A DNA stretch of 64,000 nucleotides, taken from positions 186,001 through 250,000 of the IMG/VR virus record IMGVR_UViG_3300029983_000007, one strand, 5' to 3'. Of this stretch, positions 10,335 through 19,308 are shown piece by piece. Within the stretch, counting starts at the first letter, position 1. The number at the start of each line of letters is the position of its first letter. A model generated the notes under the pieces. That model was given only the letters and a program-made list of their open reading frames with translations. It did no database searches and was not told where the DNA came from. The position numbers were made by a program, and so were the translations under genes.

Positions 10335-11210
10335 ATGAAATATTTAAAGTTAAGTTTCAGAAATGCTGGCTTCTATACTGTTAATAAAAATACTAAAGAC
10401 TTTATGTTTGATATAAATGGTCAGCACAAAAGAAAAGATGTATTATATGGTAAACAGCAAAAAGTTAGTATTTCTGTTAATCAGATAAGTAATATGTTAC
10501 ATGTTTTAATGGGCGAAAGACCAAGTGCAACATATCGTGATACTTTAATAAATCCGATAAATTCTATTTTTCAAACTGCTAATAAATCATACATTAAGAT
10601 TTATACCTCATTTTTTATAAATAAAAATAAAAATGTGAAATATTATCCTTCTGAAAGTGTTACTATTAGAAAATCAGTTTGGAATAGTTTTAATCCTGCA
10701 CCAGATTTAGTTTATTGGAAAAGAGTTGAGAATTTTTTAACTAATGATATAGATAATTCATTATATCTTGAATTTGTAAAAATATTAAATTCTATATTAG
10801 AATATGATGTATTAAAAAAAACATTTTTAGATGTTATTGATGAATTGATAAAAAATCATAAAAATCATAGTTTAATTAACACTTTTAAATTAAAACTTAA
10901 AGAATCAATGAAAGTTCCAATGATTAAAATATTGGATGGTGAATATGATGGCACTATGAATAAAAATAGTAGAACAATGTTGACTACTAATTTTGGTGTT
11001 GATAAGATTACTAGATTGAGTGGTTCTATTATAATACCAGTTGAAGAATATGATATTGAAAAAATTAGGAATTCAAAAGGTTCTGTTACTTTATTAGACG
11101 GTGGAGTAGTGTGGATTGAAGATTTGATAAATGATTATGAATTTGGAGTTAGAGAACTTGAAGAATATTTACCTATTAATAAATTAGAAGAATATGAGAA
11201 TAATATTTGA
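10335..11210 (+). CDS. cas5: Cas5-like protein with large central helical insertion
   Basis: N-terminal MKYLKLSFRNAGFY...QISNMLHVLMGERP resembles the Cas5 first strand and 'sal.Gll.ailG' helix; C-terminal LSGSIIIP...VTLLDGG.V.I resembles the Cas5 RRM end; lies between cas7 and cas6. Confidence 0.55.
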   Translation: MKYLKLSFRNAGFYTVNKNTKDFMFDINGQHKRKDVLYGKQQKVSISVNQISNMLHVLMGERPSATYRDTLINPINSIFQTANKSYIKIYTSFFINKNKNVKYYPSESVTIRKSVWNSFNPAPDLVYWKRVENFLTNDIDNSLYLEFVKILNSILEYDVLKKTFLDVIDELIKNHKNHSLINTFKLKLKESMKVPMIKILDGEYDGTMNKNSRTMLTTNFGVDKITRLSGSIIIPVEEYDIEKIRNSKGSVTLLDGGVVWIEDLINDYEFGVRELEEYLPINKLEEYENNI

Positions 11211-11907
11211 ATTTACAGAAAATACATCATTAGTACCAATTAATAATCAGTCATATATGAATTATTATATTCAAAAATGTCTTGGCGACAATAATAAATA
11301 TCATGATTCTAAGAATGATTATTCTATTTCTTCATTATATGGAGGTAAGTTAACAGATGATGAATTACATTTATCTTTCAAAAATGGAGGCATTATTGTT
11401 GTAACTTCAAAAAATGAAGAATTCTTGAATACTTTGATATGTGGTGTGATGTCTAATAAAGAATTAAAATGGGGAATGAAATTTGATAAAATTAATTTCA
11501 TTTCTGAAATTTTTAGAAATGGCTGGAATCATTTTGCTACATTATCTCCTTTTATTATTAAAAAATATATTGATAAAAAGAATTATACCTTTTCAACTTT
11601 GAATGATTCTGATTTTGTAGATACTGTAAAAAAACATATTATAAAAAAATTGAGTAAAATTTATAATGGTATAAATTTAACAGATTTTGATGTTAAAATA
11701 ATCAATCATCCTTCTCATAAAGTAAAAAAAATAATGGTGAAGAATGTTAAAAATGAAGCTAATCAATGTCAAGTCAGTATATTCTGTTCATCAGATGTAG
11801 CAGAAAAAATTTACAATTTAGGTATAGGTCAATCAACTGGTTCAGGATTTGGAACAATTTATAAAACAGAAAATAGAGATAAATATAATTTAGAATTGAA
11901 AAAATGA
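11194..11907 (+). CDS. cas6: CRISPR-associated endoribonuclease Cas6
   Basis: YHD..N.YSIS.L.GG, TLSPFII, C-terminal Gly-rich loop GIGQSTGSGFGTI. Confidence 0.95.
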   Translation: MRIIFEFTENTSLVPINNQSYMNYYIQKCLGDNNKYHDSKNDYSISSLYGGKLTDDELHLSFKNGGIIVVTSKNEEFLNTLICGVMSNKELKWGMKFDKINFISEIFRNGWNHFATLSPFIIKKYIDKKNYTFSTLNDSDFVDTVKKHIIKKLSKIYNGINLTDFDVKIINHPSHKVKKIMVKNVKNEANQCQVSIFCSSDVAEKIYNLGIGQSTGSGFGTIYKTENRDKYNLELKK

Positions 11908-11999
11908 TTAATTTTAATCTAAATGATATTGTTACAAGTGATTTTTTAAATTATAAATCACTTGTAATGTTATGTATATCTGTCAATTATGAATAATGA
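11908..11999 (+). promoter_or_regulatory. CRISPR leader with a 13-bp inverted repeat
   Basis: AT-rich non-coding stretch next to the first perfect repeat; TTACAAGTGATTT (11932-11944) / AAATCACTTGTAA (11955-11967). Confidence 0.65.
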
Positions 12000-13222
12000 A
12001 CTGATACTTATATAATTCCGCAAGGGAATCACAACAATGTGGAATGTAACTGGAATTAATGTTTTACTGATACTTATATAATTCCGCAAGGGAATCACAA
12101 CGAATATGCAGAATATTCAAAAAAGAGAATAACTGATACTTATATAATTCCGCAAGGGAATCACAACACAACAGATAATGGAAATAAATTACAAGTTACT
12201 GATACTTATATAATTCCGCAAGGGAATCACAACTCTAGCAGTGCAATAGAGCCAGCCCAATCAACTGATACTTATATAATTCCGCAAGGGAATCACAACT
12301 ATAAATAACAAAGAACTAATGAAAAACTCACTGATACTTATATAATTCCGCAAGGGAATCACAACTCAGCCTGAATTTTACCTTTACCCATCATTACTGA
12401 TACTTATATAATTCCGCAAGGGAATCACAACTAAAAATAACCATCTAATAATTGAGACATAACTGATACTTATATAATTCCGCAAGGGAATCACAACTGA
12501 TGTGATGATATACAGAAAAAAAAATAACTGATACTTATATAATTCCGCAAGGGAATCACAACATCATTCTATTGATTGTTATATTTCTTCTAACTGATAC
12601 TTATATAATTCCGCAAGGGAATCACAACATCTTTTCTATATAATATATTTTCATATTTACTGATACTTATATAATTCCGCAAGGGAATCACAACATCAAA
12701 AAATGTAATTCTATATTTATAATTACTGATACTTATATAATTCCGCAAGGGAATCACAACATATATTTTCTTTAAACTGCTCAATGATGAACTGATACTT
12801 ATATAATTCCGCAAGGGAATCACAACATTGCGTACGACTCATATAATTCAACACAAACTGATACTTATATAATTCCGCAAGGGAATCACAACAGCCCATA
12901 TGTACACCCTATTTAGTGGTACACTGATACTTATATAATTCCGCAAGGGAATCACAACTGCGCTTGAGTTGTTGAATTTGCTGCAAAAACTGATACTTAT
13001 ATAATTCCGCAAGGGAATCACAACTTTAATGCTTTTGCAAATTTTGGCATAATAACTGATACTTATATAATTCCGCAAGGGAATCACAACATTGCAGTTT
13101 GATACATTTCAAAATAAGAAACTGATACTTATATAATTCCTTGATGGAATCACAATATTGAAAAAATAGAAAAGTTGATACAATAAACTAATAATTATAT
13201 CATTCCGTAAAGGAATTTAAAA
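12000..13222 (+). CRISPR. CRISPR array: 17 identical plus 2 degenerate 36-nt repeats, 18 spacers
   Basis: Repeat ACTGATACTTATATAATTCCGCAAGGGAATCACAAC at 12000, 12066, 12132, 12198, 12264, 12330, 12396, 12462, 12527, 12593, 12659, 12725, 12791, 12857, 12923, 12989, 13055; degenerate copies at 13121 and 13187; spacers all different, 30 nt (one 29 nt); internal hairpin ATTCC-GCAAG-GGAAT. Confidence 0.99.
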
Positions 13223-13234
13223 TATTAAAAATTA

Positions 13235-13266
13235 TTTGTATAATCAAATAAATAATAGTATATTTG
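13235..13266 (+). promoter_or_regulatory. Bacteroidota-type promoter for cas3
   Basis: TTTG (13235-13238), 20 nt, TATATTTG (13259-13266). Confidence 0.8.
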
Positions 13267-13290
13267 CATGTTATAAAAAATTATTAAAAT

Positions 13291-15564
13291 ATGATAGAAA
13301 CATTAGTGTCTAATAGTAATGGAGTATCTTTAAAAACTCACTCGTTAGCTGTTCAAAAAATAGCAGTTATAATGGCTGAAAGATTAGGATTACCAATTGA
13401 TATACAAAATGCTATATCAAAAGCTGCTTTGTTACATGACATTGGAAAATCTTATATTCCTTTTCAAAATTATGTATCAAAAAAAGTTGTATCTGAAGAG
13501 TTTACTAATAATAAAATATTTCATCATGAAATTTCATGGGCTATACTTAGATATCTTATGAATATTGATAAAGATTATAATTATAGTATTTTATATTCTA
13601 TATATTGGCATCATTCCAGAGATATGAGTAATAAAAATAAAGAATATGCATCATCGATATTAGAAAAATTAACAGATGATGATAAACAAAGAGTATTAAC
13701 TGTGTATAATGAATTAACTGGTGAAAATAAAGTTTTATCAGATCTTGATGTTAATATCATGAATGATAAAATTCCTGATTATTATATAAATAAAGATGAT
13801 AAAATTTGTTCATTGAATATTATTGTTATGTCTTGTGTAGTTTCTTCAGATAGATATGTATCATCAATAAATATAGACCAGAATAAAATTTTAATTGATG
13901 ATAATTATTGTAATGAAATTGTTGATTCTATAGATTATTCTCCTACAAAAAATTATATAACACCAAAAAATTATGATATTGATCGTTTTAATTATCAATT
14001 ATCTTGTGCTGGTGATATAAATAGTAATCAAACTTCTGAATTGAAAGCACCTGCTGGTTATGGTAAAACTATTAATGGCTTACTTGCTTGGATTAAATCT
14101 GGGAATAGAAAATTAATTTGGGTTTGTCCAAGAAATACAATAGCGGAAACTCTATTTGATGGTGTTAAAAATGAACTTAATGCATTAAGTATCAATAATA
14201 TTAGTGTTGAATTGTTTCTTACTGGAGAAAGACGTGATATTTATAATGAAAACAATAATATAGATTTCACATCGGATATTATAATCACTAATATTGATAA
14301 TTTTTTGACTCCTACCATTAATAATTTTGTTAGAGATAGAATGTACTCATTATTATCAAGTTATGTTATTTTTGATGAATTTCATGAATTAGTTGCGTCT
14401 GAGCCGTACTTTGCTTGTTTTGTTAATATCATGAATGTTAGACATAGATATACAAATAGTAAAACATTACTGATGAGTGCGACCCCTACAATGATGACAA
14501 ATTTATGGGATAACTCAATTAAAGGAACTGCTATTTTACCAAATGAAACTAATCATTATAATGCTGCTCATTCTAAGAAATTTAGAATAAATTTCTTAGA
14601 TGATATAACTTTAGTAAATCCTCAACTAAATAGTTTATTTATAACAAATTCAATAAAATCTTCTCAAACAAAAACTATTGATGACGATTATTCAGTTATA
14701 GCGCATAGTAAATATATGATTGATGACAGAAAGTGTATAATTGATAGTATATTTGATATGTATGGTAAAAATAAGAAGATTCAAAATAAATTAGATGTTA
14801 TATCTGCGCCATTGATTCAAGCTGCTATGGATTTATCTTTTGGTATTATGACTGAAATTCCTAAATCTCCAGAAGATACATTTCAAAGATTGGGTAGACT
14901 TAATAGATGGGGAGAATATGATGTAGTTGATTATAATATTTTAGTTAATATTAATGATAAAAAAATAAATTTAAGTGAATTAGCTTCAATTAATCTTACT
15001 TATGACATAAAATTAAATAAATTGTGGATTGATTATTTAAAAAATAATATTATTGATAAATATGAATATACATTAGATGAATTGTACATTAAATACAATG
15101 TTTTTAATTCAATGTATAAAAAAGAAATAAATGAATATATTAATGATAGATACATTAAAAGTAGAGAATCATTATCTAAATTATTTCCAAGAAAATATAT
15201 AAATAAAGATACAAAAAAAATAGTATCATCAGGTTCTAAACTTAGGGACAATGGATCAAATAATATTTATTGTATATATAAAATATATAATACTGATGAG
15301 TATACAGATGTATTTAGTATTGATTCTAATGGTTCAGATATGGATAAACATGAAGATAATACTACTCAAACTAATCAGATTCGTTCTATTAAGAAATTGT
15401 TAACTGATAGTAGATTTGAATATAATAAACATAGATTATTAACAGGTAACAAATTTACTAGTAATAAATTATTTGAATCTGCAAAAAATCCTAAGACTCC
15501 ATATATTTGTTACCATAAAGAATATCATCCAAAATTAGGGCTTATATCAATTTATTTATTATAA
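13291..15564 (+). CDS. cas3: CRISPR-associated HD nuclease/SF2 helicase Cas3
   Basis: HD domain: LKTH, ALLHDIGK, HHEIS, WHHS, SSDR; helicase: APAGYGKT, DEFH, SAT, QAAMDLS, QRLGRLNRWG. Confidence 0.95.
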   Translation: MIETLVSNSNGVSLKTHSLAVQKIAVIMAERLGLPIDIQNAISKAALLHDIGKSYIPFQNYVSKKVVSEEFTNNKIFHHEISWAILRYLMNIDKDYNYSILYSIYWHHSRDMSNKNKEYASSILEKLTDDDKQRVLTVYNELTGENKVLSDLDVNIMNDKIPDYYINKDDKICSLNIIVMSCVVSSDRYVSSINIDQNKILIDDNYCNEIVDSIDYSPTKNYITPKNYDIDRFNYQLSCAGDINSNQTSELKAPAGYGKTINGLLAWIKSGNRKLIWVCPRNTIAETLFDGVKNELNALSINNISVELFLTGERRDIYNENNNIDFTSDIIITNIDNFLTPTINNFVRDRMYSLLSSYVIFDEFHELVASEPYFACFVNIMNVRHRYTNSKTLLMSATPTMMTNLWDNSIKGTAILPNETNHYNAAHSKKFRINFLDDITLVNPQLNSLFITNSIKSSQTKTIDDDYSVIAHSKYMIDDRKCIIDSIFDMYGKNKKIQNKLDVISAPLIQAAMDLSFGIMTEIPKSPEDTFQRLGRLNRWGEYDVVDYNILVNINDKKINLSELASINLTYDIKLNKLWIDYLKNNIIDKYEYTLDELYIKYNVFNSMYKKEINEYINDRYIKSRESLSKLFPRKYINKDTKKIVSSGSKLRDNGSNNIYCIYKIYNTDEYTDVFSIDSNGSDMDKHEDNTTQTNQIRSIKKLLTDSRFEYNKHRLLTGNKFTSNKLFESAKNPKTPYICYHKEYHPKLGLISIYLL

Positions 15565-15636
15565 TTTGATTAATACAATTATTACCCTCATCTTTGTACA
15601 CAATATTTTTAATAACTCACACTAAATAGTAAAATT

Positions 15637-15873
15637 ATGGGTAAAACACATAAAACATTAGTAAAAGCTAGTTATTTTTTAGAAAGAAAACTGGTAAAAT
15701 ACATTTCAAATCCAATAGTATATATTGAAGAAGATGGTATTAATGAGAAGAGTTTAAAGATACATTTAGATAATCCAAGCACAAGTTTAATTCATAATAT
15801 TAATGAATGTGCGAATGAGACATATTTAAGATTTGGAATTAAGACAGTAATAAGAAAATACATAACTAATTAA
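15637..15873 (+). CDS. small hypothetical protein
   Basis: 78 aa; own promoter-like TTTG(15565)-N20-CATCTTTG and a downstream terminator. Confidence 0.6.
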   Translation: MGKTHKTLVKASYFLERKLVKYISNPIVYIEEDGINEKSLKIHLDNPSTSLIHNINECANETYLRFGIKTVIRKYITN

Positions 15874-15905
15874 AAAAGAGAAGAGTTAAATCTTCTCTTT
15901 TTTTT
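15872..15905. terminator. intrinsic terminator closing the cas3/ORF78 region
   Basis: AAAAAAGAGAAGA-gttaaa-TCTTCTCTTTTTT. Confidence 0.8.
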
Positions 15906-15956
15906 GTTTGTGTCAAATATTATCCTTACATTTGTAAATAATTTTAAATAAATATC

Positions 15957-17921
15957 ATGACAAAAAGTAATAATATCAATAATGTTAAACATCCCATTAT
16001 TAGAACAAAAAGTTTACGTAATGGTTCTGTAACAAAAAACAACAAGTCATATATAAGAACATATGATTTAAGTCGTTATAGTAATGATCAGTTAGTGAAT
16101 GCATTATATAGCAAAAAGTGGAACACAAACAGAAGAAGATTTATTGCTGATATATACTATTTATTAGATGAAAGGATTGCAGCAGGAAAATGTACTAAAT
16201 ATGAAATTGACAATTTGAAATATTTAGCTAATATAAAAAAGCATAATATAGTAAAATCTGTCAATAATAATAGTAGAACAACTACCACAAATACTACAAT
16301 TCCAGTCTCTAATAGTTTAGTTAGTTTAAAATATCGTATCAATAGTTTATCAAATGAAATATTTCGTATTACTGGTGCTAGATTTAAAAAGCTAAACAGG
16401 ACTGATGATGTATCAGATAAAGCACATGTATTTTATGATCAGATTTTTGCTTCATTACATTGTATACATAATATGTTGATGGCAAAAGATAATTATAAAC
16501 ATAGTAGATATAATATGTTAACTGCAGAAACTCAAGCAGGAAAAACAGGAGTTGTTCGTAATGTAATATTTTTATTGGAAACTTATCCTAAATTGAGAGA
16601 ATATCTTGGTTTAGAATTTGGAGGTAGCGTAATAATAACTCCAATGTGTGACAATGCAAATAAAGAACAATTAAAAACTGATATTTCACATGGCGAATGC
16701 AGACAAGACAATCAAAAACTTTTAAAGTCAAAAGGAATCATGCATAATCCAGATATGCTTAGTTGGTCAAGAAATAATCAATATGGAAACTTGCATGACT
16801 GTATTATATTTGTAGATGAATCTCACTTAGCATCAGGTGTTAGTGGTGCTATGAATAGTTATCTTCAAAAAAATAATATAAATTTGAATGGCTCTACTAA
16901 TTTATCTAAAAATAACATTTTTTTATTCACAATATCAGCTACTCCATATGAAGAGCATGTTGGTAATTTGTTATTTAAAAAAAAGAATACAATAGAGTTA
17001 GCTCATGGACCTAATTATAAAGGATTGGATTATTTTTTGAAAAACAATTTTTTTAGACAATCATTTGATTTGTCAACTACTGAAGGTGAGAATCATTTTA
17101 AGAATGAAGTAGAAAGTTTCAATCATAAAATTGGTTATTATATTGTCAGAATAAATATTAGTACAGATACTGATAATTTGATACCAGAAGGATTTTCAAC
17201 TTTAACATATTTTGAGAAAGATAAAGAAGTTATTAATGAAACATTGAGAAAAATACCTGATACACCTACTCTTATATTTGTAAAAGAGAAAATGAAACAA
17301 TCATATCAATTAGATAAACAAAATATTGTAATGATGTTTGATAGATCAGTTGTTCATGATTCTGATTATAGAACAAGTTTTATTGTACAAAGTTTTGCAG
17401 GTAGATTTTGTGGATATCATAATTATAATGCTATTATATACACAGAAATAAATGATGTGAAACTTCATTTAGATTATTTAAAAAATAAAAATCATGTACC
17501 ACACTGTAAGCGTGTTAATAATGATAAGAAATTTTCATTCAAGGAAAAAAATAAATCACAGCAGTCATCATATAGTAATAAAAATGACTTATCATATGCA
17601 AATAACTTTACATTAAAGATTGGATATAAAACACAGAATGATGGTTATATAACATTAAACAATAATATCATAACAATATATTTAGATAATAAGAGGAATT
17701 TAGTATTATCTAAAAAATCAAAAGTTGAAACAGAATTTCTTTCTTCTTATATTGAAGACTATGTTGTTTGCTCAGATATTAAAACACCTTGTAATTCATT
17801 TTTAGATGCTAAGAATGCACTTGAATCGTATTGTAAGATAGTATCATCAAAAACAAAAATTGATGATGTGAAAACAAAAAATGGTAAAAAATTCATTGAA
17901 TTATTGGAGTTTAATTTTTGA
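15957..17921 (+). CDS. SF2 helicase-like ATPase (DExH), reminiscent of Z1-domain/restriction-associated helicases
   Basis: AETQAGKTG, IFVDESH, ISATP, QSFAGRFCGY; basic N-terminal extension; promoter TTTG(15903)-N20-TACATTTG. Confidence 0.65.
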   Translation: MTKSNNINNVKHPIIRTKSLRNGSVTKNNKSYIRTYDLSRYSNDQLVNALYSKKWNTNRRRFIADIYYLLDERIAAGKCTKYEIDNLKYLANIKKHNIVKSVNNNSRTTTTNTTIPVSNSLVSLKYRINSLSNEIFRITGARFKKLNRTDDVSDKAHVFYDQIFASLHCIHNMLMAKDNYKHSRYNMLTAETQAGKTGVVRNVIFLLETYPKLREYLGLEFGGSVIITPMCDNANKEQLKTDISHGECRQDNQKLLKSKGIMHNPDMLSWSRNNQYGNLHDCIIFVDESHLASGVSGAMNSYLQKNNINLNGSTNLSKNNIFLFTISATPYEEHVGNLLFKKKNTIELAHGPNYKGLDYFLKNNFFRQSFDLSTTEGENHFKNEVESFNHKIGYYIVRINISTDTDNLIPEGFSTLTYFEKDKEVINETLRKIPDTPTLIFVKEKMKQSYQLDKQNIVMMFDRSVVHDSDYRTSFIVQSFAGRFCGYHNYNAIIYTEINDVKLHLDYLKNKNHVPHCKRVNNDKKFSFKEKNKSQQSSYSNKNDLSYANNFTLKIGYKTQNDGYITLNNNIITIYLDNKRNLVLSKKSKVETEFLSSYIEDYVVCSDIKTPCNSFLDAKNALESYCKIVSSKTKIDDVKTKNGKKFIELLEFNF

Positions 17922-18048
17922 TTTTTTATTAACTACTATTAACAAAAAAATATAAATTTATATTGTATATTTTTTGCTTATTTAAATAATTTTTAGTATC
18001 TTCGATAGAAAGATATTAATTATTAATTTAAAAATTTAAAAATATAGC

Positions 18049-18825
18049 ATGAATTTATTGAATATTGAGCAAAACGTTGAAAAACAAGTAGTAAAATGTG
18101 AACACATAGTAGGAGCAAAGATTAAAACTAAATGGACTAAAAATGATGTTATTATAGCTTTTCTTTATACAAAATTTACATTAAGAAAAGTTGGAGTTAC
18201 AGATGAAGCTACACAACTTGAGAATTTTGTTAATGAATATATTGGTTCTATTTCGAACTCATTGAAAATGGAATCACTGAATATTAAATATTTATTGTGT
18301 TTAAAACATAATGAGCAACCAGAAGGATTAGAACATTATTCAAAAACACAGGAACTTGTTGTTAATGAATATGATAAATATAGTGAGAATGAATTATCAG
18401 AAATTGTAAACTTAATATTAGACAGTATGACTGAAGAAGAAAAATTGAAAAACATGGAAATGGCGGATGGAGTTAATGCAGAGATTAATGCAGAGAAAGA
18501 AAAACATCGTTTAGAAGTTCTTGCAAAAAAAGAAGAGAAAGCAAGATTAGCTCTTGTTAAAAAAACTCAGAAAGAAAAATACACAACCACATCAACAGAT
18601 TATAAGCCAATGACATTTAAGCAGATGAATCCATCCAAGAAAAAATATGTTGCTAGCATTGTGAGTAATGTATTTGCAAATATTGGAGATGTTCTTGATC
18701 ACAAAAAATATGGCAAAGGCTCTGTTAAAGATATAGTTGGAGACAGAATTACAATTAACTTTCGTGATAAAGCAGTAGGAAGTAAAATTTTATTGTTTGA
18801 TGAAAAGTTTTTCAATTTAGTTTAA
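18049..18825 (+). CDS. helical N-domain plus coiled coil plus C-terminal PcrA/UvrD-like Tudor (SH3-fold) domain
   Basis: KWTKNDVIIA...SLKMESLNIKY shared with 23223-23972; C-terminal IGDVLDHKKYGKGSVKDIVGDRITINF. Confidence 0.55.
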   Translation: MNLLNIEQNVEKQVVKCEHIVGAKIKTKWTKNDVIIAFLYTKFTLRKVGVTDEATQLENFVNEYIGSISNSLKMESLNIKYLLCLKHNEQPEGLEHYSKTQELVVNEYDKYSENELSEIVNLILDSMTEEEKLKNMEMADGVNAEINAEKEKHRLEVLAKKEEKARLALVKKTQKEKYTTTSTDYKPMTFKQMNPSKKKYVASIVSNVFANIGDVLDHKKYGKGSVKDIVGDRITINFRDKAVGSKILLFDEKFFNLV

Positions 18826-18926
18826 ATAATATTAAATGCAAGAAAACACCAGATTTAATCTTGTGTTTTTCTTGCATAATTGAATTATTATTAGTATATT
18901 TGTATATAAAATAATAATAATAAAAT

Positions 18927-19304
18927 ATGATTTATAGAAAAATAATATTAATATTAATCTGTGTTATTTTTAGTATATCATGTACAAGTAAAAAAGACAG
19001 AAGAACTGAAAAATATATTGAAAGTAGTCTAATATCAAAAATATCTGAATATCAAAAAAACAATAATATTTATGCTACATATACATATGATGAAATGAAA
19101 TCATCTATTGTTAATGATAGTATAAGTTTTTATGTTTTAAATTATGATATTACTGATATGTATGGTATAAAAAGAAAATCTTTTGTTTATGGATATTTCA
19201 ATATGAATACTGGATATGATGTGACAGATGAAGATGGTTATAATGATGATAGTGATGATAGTTATGATAGTTATGATAGATTTATGAATACCCAAATTTT
19301 TTAA
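18927..19304 (+). CDS. putative lipoprotein
   Basis: Basic N-terminus, hydrophobic stretch, lipobox-like FSISC. Confidence 0.55.
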   Translation: MIYRKIILILICVIFSISCTSKKDRRTEKYIESSLISKISEYQKNNNIYATYTYDEMKSSIVNDSISFYVLNYDITDMYGIKRKSFVYGYFNMNTGYDVTDEDGYNDDSDDSYDSYDRFMNTQIF

Positions 19305-19308
19305 TGTT

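Noticed and set aside
12590-13087. Minus-strand ORFs with repeating VVIPLRNYISIS (12590-12823, 12848-13087)
   Set aside because: Artefact of the 66-nt CRISPR period, which is a multiple of 3; the repeat has no stop in that frame.
13187-13222. tracrRNA/anti-repeat for a class 2 system
   Set aside because: It is in the same orientation and exactly one 66-nt period from the previous repeat, so it is a degenerate terminal repeat; there is no Cas9/Cas12-sized ORF in the window.
9124-15905. Similar AAAAAAGAGAAG hairpins at both ends as flanking direct repeats of a mobile CRISPR cassette
   Set aside because: A third hairpin with the same stem start occurs at about 20257-20290, so this is a common terminator style in the genome.
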